From assembly GCA_049472335.1 (NCBI GenBank), contig JBLIRO010000012.1:10761-74760 (forward strand): 64,000 bases of DNA, read 5' to 3'. The number at the start of each line of letters is the position of its first letter. Positions within the stretch are counted from its first letter, which is position 1. The DNA is from a bacterium (lineage in GTDB: Bacteria > SZUA-182 > DTGQ01 > JAFGSM01). Under the pieces are notes generated by a model. The model saw nothing but the letters and a program-made list of their open reading frames with translations, was not told where the DNA came from and did not search any database. Below are positions 40,137 through 51,196 of this stretch, piece by piece. The translations under genes and the position numbers were made by a program.

Positions 40137-42188
40137 TTGCCTCCGTTTAGATTAAAATCCGATTTTAACCCGCAAGGAGACCAGGTACAAGCTATCAAGG
40201 CTTTGGTCAAAGAGGTCAATAATGGCGCGCCGCATCTTGTCCTCTTGGGAGTGACGGGCTCCGGAAAAACCTTTACAATGGCCCATCTTATACAGGAGGT
40301 TCAAAGACCAACCCTTGTTATTTCTCATAATAAAACACTGGCCGCACAGCTTTATTCCGAATTCAAGACCTTTTTCCCGGATAACGCTGTTGAATATTTT
40401 GTCAGCTATTATGACTATTATCAGCCCGAGGCTTATATCCCGCAAACTGATACATATATAGAAAAGGATTCCTCAATTAATGAAGATATAGACAGAATGA
40501 GGCATTCTGCCACACATTCCCTTTTGGATCGCCGGGATGTGATTGTTGTCGCAAGTGTCTCATGTATTTATAGCCTGGGATCTCCTGAAGAATACCAGAA
40601 TATGAGTTTTCCGATCGAAAAAAAACAGATTATCGGCAGGCGGAAGATCCTTGAAGAGCTTGTGAAAATGCAATATGAGAGGAATGATGTGGAATTTAAA
40701 TGCGGGACCTTTCGTGTGAGAGGGGATGTAGTGGAGGTCTTCCCTGCATATGAGTTTAATGCCATCAGGATAAGCCTTTTCGGGAATGAGATAGAGGATA
40801 TCTGTTCATTTGATCCCTTGGTTGGGAAAAAGAGACAGACATTGGAGCGGGTTTCCATTTATCCGAACAGCCATTATGTTCTTCCCGATGATAAGATGGA
40901 AATTGCCATGCAGGGGATTCGGGAAGAGCTAAAGCAAAGACTTTTGGTATTGAATGCTGACGGGCGGTTCCTGGAGGCACAGCGCTTGGAACAGAGAACC
41001 CTGTATGATTTGGAAATGATCCAGGAGATTGGTTATTGTCACGGCATAGAGAATTATTCCCGCCATCTCGATGGGAGAAGACCCGGTGATCCGCCTCATA
41101 CCCTCATGGATTATTACCCGCCTGATAAGCTGATAATAATCGATGAAAGTCATGTTACCATTCCGCAGATACGAGGGATGCTGGAGGGGGACAGATCAAG
41201 AAAGAAGAGCCTGGTGGAGTTCGGATTCAGGCTCCCCTCTGCCTATGATAACAGACCTCTAAGCTTTGAGGAATTTAGCTCAAAGATATATCAAGTTGTT
41301 TATGTATCTGCTACTCCCTCATTTTATGAATTGAGAATGGCAGAAGGAAGGGTTGTTGAGCAAATCATAAGACCCACAGGTCTTATGGACCCTGAAATCA
41401 TTGTCCGGCCAGCCTCAAATCAGGTTGAAGACCTTTTATCAGAGATAAAGTACAGGGTGGAGAGGAATGAAAGGGTCCTGGTAACAACTTTGACTAAAAG
41501 AATGGCAGAAGATTTAACAGAATACTACCAAAATCTCGACCTCAGGGTCCGCTATCTTCACTCGGAAATCGATACCATTGAAAGGACGGAAATTCTGAGG
41601 GATTTGCGCCTCGGCCAGTTCGATTGCCTTATAGGGATAAATCTGCTCAGAGAGGGTCTTGATCTGCCTGAGGTATCCCTGGTAGCCATAATGGATGCGG
41701 ATAAGGAAGGTTTTTTGCGGTCAACTACATCTTTGATACAAACTGCCGGGAGAGCTGCCAGGAATGTTAACGGCGAGGTAATTATGTATGCAGACAGGAT
41801 AACCTCTTCAATGAAAAAGGCCATTGAAGAAACCAAAAGGCGCCGTTTGATTCAGCTTGCCTTTAATAAAGAGCATAATATTACTCCTGAAACTATTCAG
41901 AAATCCATTGGCAGCTTATTGCAGTCTGTTTATGATGCAGACTACCATACACCGAGTCTGATAAGGGAGGAAGGCATTAAATATCAGAAAAAAGGAAAAT
42001 CGCAAGAGGAATACCTGGAGTATTTGAGAGTGAAAATGGAGATGTATGCAAAAGAACTGAGGTTTGAAGAGGCTGCCAAGATAAGGGATGAGATAAAAAG
42101 GATTTCCGGAGTGGAAAAAATCTCTTCTGTTAATTATACCAGATCGAGACTGCATGCCAAAAAAAGAAAAAAGGATAATTATAATTAA
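40137..42188 (+). CDS. uvrB: Excinuclease ABC subunit B
   Basis: [35 protein letters not shown]-terminal UVR domain. Confidence 0.98.
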   Translation: MPPFRLKSDFNPQGDQVQAIKALVKEVNNGAPHLVLLGVTGSGKTFTMAHLIQEVQRPTLVISHNKTLAAQLYSEFKTFFPDNAVEYFVSYYDYYQPEAYIPQTDTYIEKDSSINEDIDRMRHSATHSLLDRRDVIVVASVSCIYSLGSPEEYQNMSFPIEKKQIIGRRKILEELVKMQYERNDVEFKCGTFRVRGDVVEVFPAYEFNAIRISLFGNEIEDICSFDPLVGKKRQTLERVSIYPNSHYVLPDDKMEIAMQGIREELKQRLLVLNADGRFLEAQRLEQRTLYDLEMIQEIGYCHGIENYSRHLDGRRPGDPPHTLMDYYPPDKLIIIDESHVTIPQIRGMLEGDRSRKKSLVEFGFRLPSAYDNRPLSFEEFSSKIYQVVYVSATPSFYELRMAEGRVVEQIIRPTGLMDPEIIVRPASNQVEDLLSEIKYRVERNERVLVTTLTKRMAEDLTEYYQNLDLRVRYLHSEIDTIERTEILRDLRLGQFDCLIGINLLREGLDLPEVSLVAIMDADKEGFLRSTTSLIQTAGRAARNVNGEVIMYADRITSSMKKAIEETKRRRLIQLAFNKEHNITPETIQKSIGSLLQSVYDADYHTPSLIREEGIKYQKKGKSQEEYLEYLRVKMEMYAKELRFEEAAKIRDEIKRISGVEKISSVNYTRSRLHAKKRKKDNYN

Positions 42189-42507
42189 GAGTAATTGAGA
42201 GCATTGAAAAAGAATCGCGCATTTTTTAAACAACTAAAATGTTATATGATGTTTTTAAATGAGGTCTTTTTGACTGTATTTATAGACTGCTAAGCTGAAT
42301 ATGAATTGTTATAAATTACCATTCACTCAAATCTTGACATTATTAATTTTTTAAGTCATTATAATAACAAGTTCTGATTAATAAAATTTGATATAATTTT
42401 ACATATCTTTTGAGCCGGATAAAAAGAGATTAGTTTTACCTTATTAATTATATTTTTTTGAAACTTTGGTATAGATCAGGGTCAATTTTGATTAGTATAG
42501 GAGGTAA

Positions 42508-42888
42508 ATGATGGCCGCCAAACGTATCCTACTAATTGATGACGATGTGGGAATGAGGGCTGTATTGCAAGATATTCTTGAAGATGAAGGGTATAAAGTT
42601 AAAACTGCATCAGACGGTAGGAGTGCTTTGTCTGCCATAGAAAAAGAAGATTTCGATCTAATTTTGACAGATTTAAAGATGCCAAAGATGAGCGGTATGG
42701 AATTTTTGGATTATATTGAACAGAATCGGCCCGATCTCAAAGTAGTTGTAATAACGGCATATACTGGCAAAGAAAATGTAAATAAAGCGAAACTGCTGGG
42801 TGCATTTGAATTTTTAAGTAAATCGATTCAAATTGAGGAATTAAAGAGAGTGGTCAAAGAGGTCCTCGAAAGACATGATACCTTATAA
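42508..42888 (+). CDS. Single-domain response regulator
   Basis: ILLIDDD, DLKMPKMSG, VITAY. Confidence 0.9.
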   Translation: MMAAKRILLIDDDVGMRAVLQDILEDEGYKVKTASDGRSALSAIEKEDFDLILTDLKMPKMSGMEFLDYIEQNRPDLKVVVITAYTGKENVNKAKLLGAFEFLSKSIQIEELKRVVKEVLERHDTL

Positions 42889-43176
42889 TATATGTTTTGA
42901 TATTAAAATCGATTTTGCAATGTGTAACTTTGATGGGGTCAGGGAAATCGTTTGTTCGATCTGATCCACGGTTTGATGCTTTAGGTTTTTTATGTAATAT
43001 TAAATATAAAAAAAATATCATGATTTTTATTTTTTGTTTATAGAAATCTCACATTAGGTGTTTCAATAAATATCATTTCCGGTCTCTTCTGAATAAGTGA
43101 TATCCAAAGAAAAACGTCAATATATTAAAAATTCAATTAATGAAAGTATAGAAAAATCTTCGGGAAGGTTTAGCAA

Positions 43177-43878
43177 GTGAGGAATAGATTAAAATTTATA
43201 TTTCTGTTTGTTTTAAGTCTAATAATACTTTTTGGGCCACATATAAGCGCATCAGAGGAAGTGAATGAAAAGATTGCCCTGACAGGAGCGCTTTATAATG
43301 CTCAAGAGGTTTTTGGGCCCCTTGTTCACTTTAATACCCAGTTATTTGTAGATCTCGATGATATACCTCAAGCCTATGTATTTATTTTATGTAATCCTCA
43401 AAATCCGGTTTTAAATATGGTTGTGACAGATGATGAGATCTTGTCGGGCTTTTTATCGGATTATGAACAATTTGGTATCGTAACCGCGGTTGCCGGTGCA
43501 AACAAGTCTCACGTACCCGTTATTCAGATGTATCGTGGCTTGCCTGATTATATAATTAATTCTATAAAGATTAAAAAAACAATTACAGAAAAAACTTCAA
43601 AAGAGAACTGGAAGGTGATGCGTTACTTATATCCGGCGCCATTAGAGTTTTGGTTAGAATTTCAAAACCTGAACTCAAATGATATCTTATTTGTCAGGAC
43701 CTCGGATATAAAAATTATGGATTCTGATCTTATGGAAGATTTACAATACATTACAAGGCGGGATAGAACTTCTAATTCGGACAGAGACCGTTCCAAGAGG
43801 ATCAAAAAGAAATGGGATCTCATAGAAAATTTGTACATAGATCAGACATCAGAGAGAGTTGACAGGCTAAGGAAGTAA
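43177..43878 (+). CDS. Secreted hypothetical protein
   Basis: 233-aa ORF with signal peptide. Confidence 0.65.
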   Translation: MRNRLKFIFLFVLSLIILFGPHISASEEVNEKIALTGALYNAQEVFGPLVHFNTQLFVDLDDIPQAYVFILCNPQNPVLNMVVTDDEILSGFLSDYEQFGIVTAVAGANKSHVPVIQMYRGLPDYIINSIKIKKTITEKTSKENWKVMRYLYPAPLEFWLEFQNLNSNDILFVRTSDIKIMDSDLMEDLQYITRRDRTSNSDRDRSKRIKKKWDLIENLYIDQTSERVDRLRK

Positions 43879-44263
43879 TAGTAGTATTTGGCTTTATTTT
43901 AAAGCCAATATTATTGAACAAATTCAAATTAATATAAAGACGGGGGATAATCATTATTGTTATTATATCAAATTCTATAGACAAGGCTTTAATATCTTAA
44001 ATCATATCCTAATATCTTACAATTGTATAATATGGCATATAGTTATATGTAGATTTGGGGATTGAATTAAAATAAAAATCGCAAATTTTATCTAGGCTTG
44101 ATCCATATACTACTTCTTGCCCTCCGGCATTCGATCCCTATCCCTGAATCGGGCTTTCATGTTTTTTTGGTTAGATTTTAAGGTTTTTTATAAGTAATTA
44201 ATCTAGGTAACTTTAATAATTAAATTTAAGAACCCTTTTTGAAGGGCTGAAACTTCTGAAAAG

Positions 44264-45919
44264 ATGATAAGAGAACAAATAAGCAATTTATCAGATATTA
44301 AATTATTTTTGGTGATAACCGCTTTAATGCTTTCAATGTTAATGGGATTCTCTTTAGCCAATGCACAAGAAACGGACTATAAGGAGGAATGGCAGAAAGC
44401 TGATCTCCTTGTTCCAAATGTGGATTCCCTTTTCAATACTTTTTCATTCAAAGGGGAAAGAGATTGGTATAAATTTTATGCAGATAAAGGTGTCACATAC
44501 CAGATATTTACTCATCCAGCCAAGGATCCGGACAAGGATTATAACTTCCCTGAGATATTGATTTATCTTTTTTCTGATCCTGAGAGTAGTTACATTACTC
44601 GTAATTCAAAATGGGAAGGCGATGGAAGCGCCTTTATCGAATGGACTAGTCCATCTTCCGGTTTCTATTATTTAAGTTTAAAGGCACTTGATTCTGATAG
44701 ATATGGTAATATGGAAGCATATAACATTCTGATAACCAGCATAGAGCGTCAGGATGCGCATACAATGATCCCTGATGTTCCTGATTACTCTCAATCGGAT
44801 TTTAGACAATCGGATTTTAGAAATTTGTGGGATTGCAAGGCAGTTTCTGCTGCCTGTATATTAGGATACTGGGATGCCCATGGATATAGTCTGCTTGTTG
44901 ATTCTAATCCGGCCCGTATAGAAGATGTCAAAAGACTTATTCTTGGACTTAATGACGCCATGATGTTTTCAGTGGAAATAAATCCAAAAAGGTTATTTAC
45001 AGATGAAAATGTGCGTGAAGGAATTGAAATGTATTGTAATCTTGCTCAATTTGGGAACAACTATAATTTTACTGTCGAATATTATACAAAACCTGATTTC
45101 TCAGAAGTTATGGATGAAATAGAAGAAAATAGACCTTTTATGTATGGTGTAGCGGGACATCCCTTGTGGGGGAATCACTGGATGGTGACTGTTGGATACC
45201 TGAAGACAGAAACAACTGATTGGACTATAAATCATGATAACTGGAGTTCAACACATAAGGATATTTATGTGGATTATGATGAGGCGACCGATTGTATTAT
45301 TACAGTACAGCCCGGTAGAAAAAGGATTTTGATAACATCCTATCCCGATATATATTCTCTCTATCAATTTTCCCCGTATCCTGTGGTTCTCCCATGGTTA
45401 GAAACTCTGCCCACAATTAGTTTCGGTACTATAAGTACTTTCAGCGGAATAAATAATATTCCGATTCATTCAAGGTCATCTGATTTGACCGGCAGATATC
45501 AGAAATATTCAAGTCAGTTCGATCCGGTTGGAATCGCAGATGTCGGGTGGATAGGTAATCCTGAATTATATGATTATCAGCGTACCATGGCAAGCAATGT
45601 CAATTTATCCCCTTTTTCTTCTTATACTTATAGAAATTATAATAATTCGGTTGGAAATGATAATACTAACGGATATAGCTACTCCACTGGAAATAGTTAT
45701 ATCATTTCAGATCAAATTCCCGGTTCATCTTTAGGACCCTATTTAAACCTTTATTCCTATACTAATGTTGCTTCTCCGGGGCTTGTTGCAACCTTCAATA
45801 ATCCATTTTTATCACCTTTCCAGACGTTTTTCCCTACTTTAGGTTTGTTACCATATAATGTTTTTTCTCCCTTTCCGTCTTTATCTCCCATACCCTTTTT
45901 ATTTAGTGCTCCATTTTGA
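44264..45919 (+). CDS. Secreted C39-like/papain-fold peptidase with PPC-like domain and low-complexity tail
   Basis: Signal peptide, DWYKF (PPC-like), DCKAVSAACILGYWD, NHWMVTVGY, HDNW; S/P/F/Y-rich tail. Confidence 0.65.
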   Translation: MIREQISNLSDIKLFLVITALMLSMLMGFSLANAQETDYKEEWQKADLLVPNVDSLFNTFSFKGERDWYKFYADKGVTYQIFTHPAKDPDKDYNFPEILIYLFSDPESSYITRNSKWEGDGSAFIEWTSPSSGFYYLSLKALDSDRYGNMEAYNILITSIERQDAHTMIPDVPDYSQSDFRQSDFRNLWDCKAVSAACILGYWDAHGYSLLVDSNPARIEDVKRLILGLNDAMMFSVEINPKRLFTDENVREGIEMYCNLAQFGNNYNFTVEYYTKPDFSEVMDEIEENRPFMYGVAGHPLWGNHWMVTVGYLKTETTDWTINHDNWSSTHKDIYVDYDEATDCIITVQPGRKRILITSYPDIYSLYQFSPYPVVLPWLETLPTISFGTISTFSGINNIPIHSRSSDLTGRYQKYSSQFDPVGIADVGWIGNPELYDYQRTMASNVNLSPFSSYTYRNYNNSVGNDNTNGYSYSTGNSYIISDQIPGSSLGPYLNLYSYTNVASPGLVATFNNPFLSPFQTFFPTLGLLPYNVFSPFPSLSPIPFLFSAPF

Positions 45920-46148
45920 GTCCGAATCATTTACCGGAACGCGGAGTCAGGTCTTGAAATGTTGACAATAAATCCAGGGAGAATCATGCATTACTTTGTT
46001 TTACATTCTTACATTTCAGCTAGCCGCAAGTTATTTGGCCAAAATTAGAATTGACGGCATGAGTCTTTACAGCAAAAGGACAATCATATATTATGGAAGA
46101 TATCCTAAATATTCTTCTAATTTTTTAATCAGGTGAGGATGATAACTT

Positions 46149-46481
46149 ATGCACTATTTAATCGCCATGCTGATACAAATGCTGGCAGCGTTTTGGGTTT
46201 TTATGGATGTCAAAGAAAAAGGCCGTTCTGAAGGACAGGCTTTATTTTGGTCAATTGGGACCTTTATGCTGTTTTTTATTTTTTTCCCCCTATGGCTTTT
46301 CGTGCGATGGCAAAGCGATCAGAAAAAAGATTCACAGGTTTGTCCGTCCTGCCATGGCTCATTTAAAGTGATACCAAGAGCTCGTTATTGTCCTTATTGC
46401 GGATATTCATTAGATCATTTCGATCGTTCTAACGCTATTGATATTGAATGTAAAAGAGACGAGAAAGAAGAGACTCGTTAA
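46149..46481 (+). CDS. Small membrane protein with zinc ribbon
   Basis: Two TM segments, CPSC...CPYCG. Confidence 0.7.
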   Translation: MHYLIAMLIQMLAAFWVFMDVKEKGRSEGQALFWSIGTFMLFFIFFPLWLFVRWQSDQKKDSQVCPSCHGSFKVIPRARYCPYCGYSLDHFDRSNAIDIECKRDEKEETR

Positions 46482-46763
46482 TGATTATGTTCTCCCGTTC
46501 CCTCTTAAAGTCCTAATTCCGCTCAATCTCTTTCGAACAACTAATATTTTCCTTTCTCCTTTCCTCTTAATCTCCAGTGGCTTAATCCTGAATCCGGTTT
46601 AATTGAGATAAGATATTCCTTTTTGTTATCCCTATGCCCCCTGGACGAAGGCTTAGTTAACAGTTTTTCTTTGTAAGAAAGAGAGCCATTGGCGTATTGT
46701 AAAGAAAGATGAGGGCTTTCAAACATAAAATACCGATAATAATATAAATTACAGTAAAAAATC

Positions 46764-46779
46764 TGGCATATAAATTGCT
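46764..46779 (+). promoter_or_regulatory. sigma-54 promoter
   Basis: TGGCAT-ATAAA-TTGCT just upstream of GGAGGTG RBS and ORF 46807. Confidence 0.65.
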
Positions 46780-46806
46780 CTATTTTTCTAAATGGAGGTG
46801 ATAGCC

Positions 46807-46986
46807 ATGAAGATTGTAATGTTGATCAAAATGTTTCTTCTTTTTTTATTAACATTTATTGTGATGATTATGCTTATGCCGGCAGTGATTTTTGGGGGCA
46901 CAAAGTTCATTGGTGAGGTTTATAGGGTTTTTATCAAAGAGTTTAATAAGATTCGGGGATTGAAGCCCAGTAAATTAGAGGTCTAA
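46807..46986 (+). CDS. Small membrane protein
   Basis: Strong RBS, one long hydrophobic segment. Confidence 0.55.
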   Translation: MKIVMLIKMFLLFLLTFIVMIMLMPAVIFGGTKFIGEVYRVFIKEFNKIRGLKPSKLEV

Positions 46987-47246
46987 CCCTATCATCATTC
47001 AACCAGACTTAAGTTTTGCTTGCTACTACTATATAGTATTCCTTAGAAGGGCTTTTTCCACTTGTTTTAAACAGAATTTTTAATTGCCTTTCAGGATAAT
47101 TAGACATATTAATGGATTACTATATTATCCTTCTTTTATGCTGCATTCTCTTCTTAGGTGCTTGACAAGTCCTTTATATTCAATCAAAATAAAGATATTA
47201 TAAAAAATAGAACACTTATTTATTTATAGAAAATTCTGGGTGACAT

Positions 47247-48716
47247 GTGATGATATGCTGTACGCTAATTGCTGAAAATATAAATGAAATATGGAAACAA
47301 ATAGATCTGGTTGCTGAAACAGCGGATATAGTTGAGATAAGGCTTGACTATATCTCTGAATTAAATGACAAAGACTTAGAAAAGATAATATCCGGTAAGA
47401 AGTGTCCTTTGATAATGACCTGCAGAAAGAAGGAAGAAGGAGGAATGTATGCCGGCAGCGAGCAAGAAAGGATAGGGATATTAAAAAGATGCGCTGAGAT
47501 CAGGGCTGATTATATTGATATTGAGATGAGTTCGGGCAGGCAGGCTGTTGAAGACTTGATTTCCTCTGCTAAGGATTCAAAGATAATTCTGTCTTACCAT
47601 AATTTTGATGAGATGCCTGACGATATCGACCGGATTTACTTGCAGATGAAAAAGTTTCCATTAGATATTCTGAAAATCAGTGTGATGGCAACAGATTTAG
47701 AGGATAATCTGAGGATGTTCCAGCTGATTCAAAGGGCAAAGGCAGAAGGCAGGGATTTTATCGGCATATGTATGGGAGAGCTTGGAGAGATATCGAGAAT
47801 ACTCTCCCTTGCTTATGGTTCTTACCTTACTTTTGGATGTATGGAGAAGGGAAAGGAAGCTGCACCGGGCCAGATAAGCTGCGGGATCCTGAGAGATGTA
47901 TATGGAGTTAAAAAGCTAAAGCCTCAGGCGCTGAGCCTATATGGTTTAATTGGAAATCCTGTATCCAAAAGCAAGGGATATATACTTCATAATCTTTGTT
48001 TCAGGGAGCATAAAATGAACGCAGTGTATCTTAATTTTCTTGTAAGAGATACAGGCGAATTCGTGTCTGCCTTTAGGGACCTATTGTCAGGTTTTAGTGT
48101 TACAATGCCCCATAAACAGGAGATAATAAAATATCTGAATAGTGTTGATGAGGATGCCGATAAAGTTGGGGCAGTGAATACAGTCGTTGTTAAGGATGGA
48201 AAATTGTCAGGATTTAACACTGATATTGAAGGGGCTGTTGAAGCAATAGAAGAGAAAATCTCCCTGGAGGGAAAAAAAGTGCTTATGATTGGAGCGGGAG
48301 GAGTGGCAAGGGCGATTGGTTATGGTGTTCTGAAGAAAGGGGCGAAGCTGAGCATTGTCAACAGAACTGAAGAGAAAGGCAGGAAGCTTGCTGCCGATTT
48401 GGGATGTGAGTTTTTGAGAATGGAAGATGTTAAATGGGGTGATGTTAAGATTCTGATTAATGCCACATCTATAGGCATGTCACCCGATACGGAGCAGAGC
48501 CCTGTTGATGGAGGAGTGTTGAAAGATATGGTTGTTTTTGATACCGTCTATAATCCGGGCCAGACAAGACTATTGAAGATAGCGGCTGAGAATGGCTGTG
48601 GGACGGTTTCAGGTATCGAGATGTTCGTTAACCAGGCTGCTAAGCAATTCCAGTTGTGGACAGGCAAGGATTGCAATAAGGCACTGATGAAGAAGGCTGT
48701 TTTAGGAGATTTATGA
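47247..48716 (+). CDS. aroE: Bifunctional type I 3-dehydroquinate dehydratase / shikimate dehydrogenase (AroD-AroE fusion)
   Basis: VEIRLD, ILSYHNF, MGELGEISR, APGQ; SVTMPHK, GAVNT, NTD, GAGGVA. Confidence 0.92.
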   Translation: MMICCTLIAENINEIWKQIDLVAETADIVEIRLDYISELNDKDLEKIISGKKCPLIMTCRKKEEGGMYAGSEQERIGILKRCAEIRADYIDIEMSSGRQAVEDLISSAKDSKIILSYHNFDEMPDDIDRIYLQMKKFPLDILKISVMATDLEDNLRMFQLIQRAKAEGRDFIGICMGELGEISRILSLAYGSYLTFGCMEKGKEAAPGQISCGILRDVYGVKKLKPQALSLYGLIGNPVSKSKGYILHNLCFREHKMNAVYLNFLVRDTGEFVSAFRDLLSGFSVTMPHKQEIIKYLNSVDEDADKVGAVNTVVVKDGKLSGFNTDIEGAVEAIEEKISLEGKKVLMIGAGGVARAIGYGVLKKGAKLSIVNRTEEKGRKLAADLGCEFLRMEDVKWGDVKILINATSIGMSPDTEQSPVDGGVLKDMVVFDTVYNPGQTRLLKIAAENGCGTVSGIEMFVNQAAKQFQLWTGKDCNKALMKKAVLGDL

Positions 48717-49984
48717 AATTAAAGGTTGATACGACAGACGAAATTGGTGGAGAGATTATTGTTCCAAGCAGCAAGTCCCATACAATAAGGGGATTTGTTT
48801 TCGCATCCCTTGCTGAGGGAGAATCAAGATTAGTCAATGCGCTTGAGGCCTCTGATACTCAGGCAGCGATAAATGCATGCAAAGCATTGGGTGCCGGAAT
48901 TGAGAAGAAAAACGGGGAATTTATTATCAGGGGATTTTCAGGAAAGCCTAAGACAGATATAAAGATCGATACCCTTAATTCAGGGACAACAACCAATTTG
49001 ATTATGGGAACATCAGCTCTTGGAGATAAAAAAGTCATTATTGATGGCGATGCCTCCATTAGAAAAAGGACGGTGCAGCCGTTGCTGGATGCCTTGAATG
49101 CACTCGGAGCAAAGGCTGTTTCTGTGAATAGCAACGGATGCCCTCCTGTGGAGATTACCGGGAGGATTAAAGGCGGAAAGGTTGACGTGGACTGCAGGAG
49201 CTCACAATATGTTTCAAGCCTGCTTATCAATTGTCCGCTAGCCTCCCAAGATACTGAGATAAGCATATTGAATCTTTGCGAGCAACCCTATATTGAAATG
49301 ACGCTCAGATGGCTTGATGAACGGGGGATAAGGTATGAGAACAATGATTTAAAAACCATAAGGATTTTTGGGAATCAAGGCTATAAAGGTTTTGAGAAAA
49401 CCATTCCCGGTGACTGGTCAAGTGCCACCTTCTTATTGGTTGCGGGAGTTATGCTCGGGAGAAATTTAATTATAAAAGGATTGGATATTAAAGATACTCA
49501 GGCGGATAAGGAAGTGCTCGATTATCTCAGGAAAATGGGCGCTGATATAAGGATTGGGAAAGAAGGAATAGTTATAAACAAATCAATACTCACAGGCTGT
49601 GAATTAGACTTGAATAACACTCCGGATGCACTGCCTGCTATTAGTGTGCTGGGTTGTTATGCACAGGGAAAGACTGTAATAAAGAATGTCGGTCATGCGA
49701 GGATAAAGGAGACGGACAGAATTGTAGTTATGACAGAGGAACTAAGCAGAATGGGTGCCAATATTGAAGAGAGGCAAGATGGAGTGGTTATTGAGCATTC
49801 AGAGCTTAATGGATCTCATGTCAATGGATATCATGACCACAGGGTTGTGATGGCTTTAAGCCTCGCCGGGATGATTGCTTCAGGGCGGACAGTGATAGAT
49901 ACTGCTGAAGCAGTTAGTGTGACATTCCCGAATTATGCTGACATCATGAAAAGAATTGGTGCGAAAATAGAGATAATAGAATAG
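48713..49984 (+). CDS. aroA: EPSP synthase
   Basis: PSSKSHTIR, SSQYVSSLL, RIKETDRI, HDHRVVM. Confidence 0.95.
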   Translation: MKLKVDTTDEIGGEIIVPSSKSHTIRGFVFASLAEGESRLVNALEASDTQAAINACKALGAGIEKKNGEFIIRGFSGKPKTDIKIDTLNSGTTTNLIMGTSALGDKKVIIDGDASIRKRTVQPLLDALNALGAKAVSVNSNGCPPVEITGRIKGGKVDVDCRSSQYVSSLLINCPLASQDTEISILNLCEQPYIEMTLRWLDERGIRYENNDLKTIRIFGNQGYKGFEKTIPGDWSSATFLLVAGVMLGRNLIIKGLDIKDTQADKEVLDYLRKMGADIRIGKEGIVINKSILTGCELDLNNTPDALPAISVLGCYAQGKTVIKNVGHARIKETDRIVVMTEELSRMGANIEERQDGVVIEHSELNGSHVNGYHDHRVVMALSLAGMIASGRTVIDTAEAVSVTFPNYADIMKRIGAKIEIIE

Positions 49985-50002
49985 TCAAGGAGGTAGATAA
50001 TA

Positions 50003-51154
50003 ATGATGGGAAATACTTTCGGAAGGATATTCAGGGTCACAACTTGCGGAGAATCTTATGGTATAGGGAAAGGTTCGGGCCTAGCTGTTATAGTTGACGG
50101 AGTGCCGCCGGGCATTAAACTCACGGATGAGATGATACAGAAGGAGATGGACAAGAGAAGGCCAGGGCAGGGTAAGCTGGACTCTCCGCGGAAGGAGACT
50201 GACCAGGTTCATATCTTTGCAGGCATGGGCCAGGACGGTGTGACTACGGGAGCACCGGTCGGGATGATCGTTTATAACGTTGATACGCAAATGATCCATA
50301 TTGACCAGTATAGGGATTACAAGGATCTTATAAGACCCGGTCATGCTGAATATACCTATTTCCTTAAGTATGGTGAGGCTGCAGACTGGTGCGGCGCCGG
50401 CAGGGCATCCGGCAGGGAGACGGTAGGCAGGGTGGCCGGAGGGGCATTAGCCAAGATAATCCTGGCTCAGCATGGTATAGAGGTCCTTGCATATACTGTT
50501 GAGTGTGCCGGAGTAAAGGCCAAAAAGATGAGCTTTGAGGAGACTAAGAAGAATTACAGGATGAATGAGATCAACTGTCCTGATGCCGAGGCTGCTGAAG
50601 AGATGACAAGAAGGGTTCTGGAGGTTAAGGATGAAGGAGATACCATGGGCGGTATCATTGAGCTGGTTATCCATAATGTGCCTGCCGGCCTGGGAGAGCC
50701 TGTCTTCGATAAATTCAATGCTATGTTGTCACATGCAATAATGAGCATTGGCGCTACCAAGGGGATCGAGTTTGGCGCCGGATTTAAGTGCGGCAATATG
50801 AAGGGAAGCGAATTCAATGATCATCCTTACCTTGAAAATGGAAAGGTGAGGTTTAAGACGAATAATTCCGGAGGTGTTCTGGGCGGGATGACCAATGGGG
50901 AGGACATTGTTTGCAGGGTGGCAATAAAGCCGACTCCCACTGTTTCGGTGGAGCAGCCTTCGATCAACATGAAGACAATGAAGGAAGAGACACTAAGCCC
51001 CATAACCAGGAGAGATCCCACTCTGCTCGGAAGGATATATGCCGTTATTGAGGCAATGGCCGCGATCGCAACGCTTGATGCGTTATATCTGGATCGTGCA
51101 TGGGAAGGAATGGCCGGACTGGATGATAAATGGGTTAATCTCAAGAGGAAGTAG
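50003..51154 (+). CDS. aroC: Chorismate synthase
   Basis: GESYG, RPGHA, GRASGRET, NNSGGVLGG, KPTPT. Confidence 0.93.
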   Translation: MMGNTFGRIFRVTTCGESYGIGKGSGLAVIVDGVPPGIKLTDEMIQKEMDKRRPGQGKLDSPRKETDQVHIFAGMGQDGVTTGAPVGMIVYNVDTQMIHIDQYRDYKDLIRPGHAEYTYFLKYGEAADWCGAGRASGRETVGRVAGGALAKIILAQHGIEVLAYTVECAGVKAKKMSFEETKKNYRMNEINCPDAEAAEEMTRRVLEVKDEGDTMGGIIELVIHNVPAGLGEPVFDKFNAMLSHAIMSIGATKGIEFGAGFKCGNMKGSEFNDHPYLENGKVRFKTNNSGGVLGGMTNGEDIVCRVAIKPTPTVSVEQPSINMKTMKEETLSPITRRDPTLLGRIYAVIEAMAAIATLDALYLDRAWEGMAGLDDKWVNLKRK

Positions 51155-51196
51155 GGGCAGAAAAGATTACAAGATGGACGGCATAGACGGATTACC

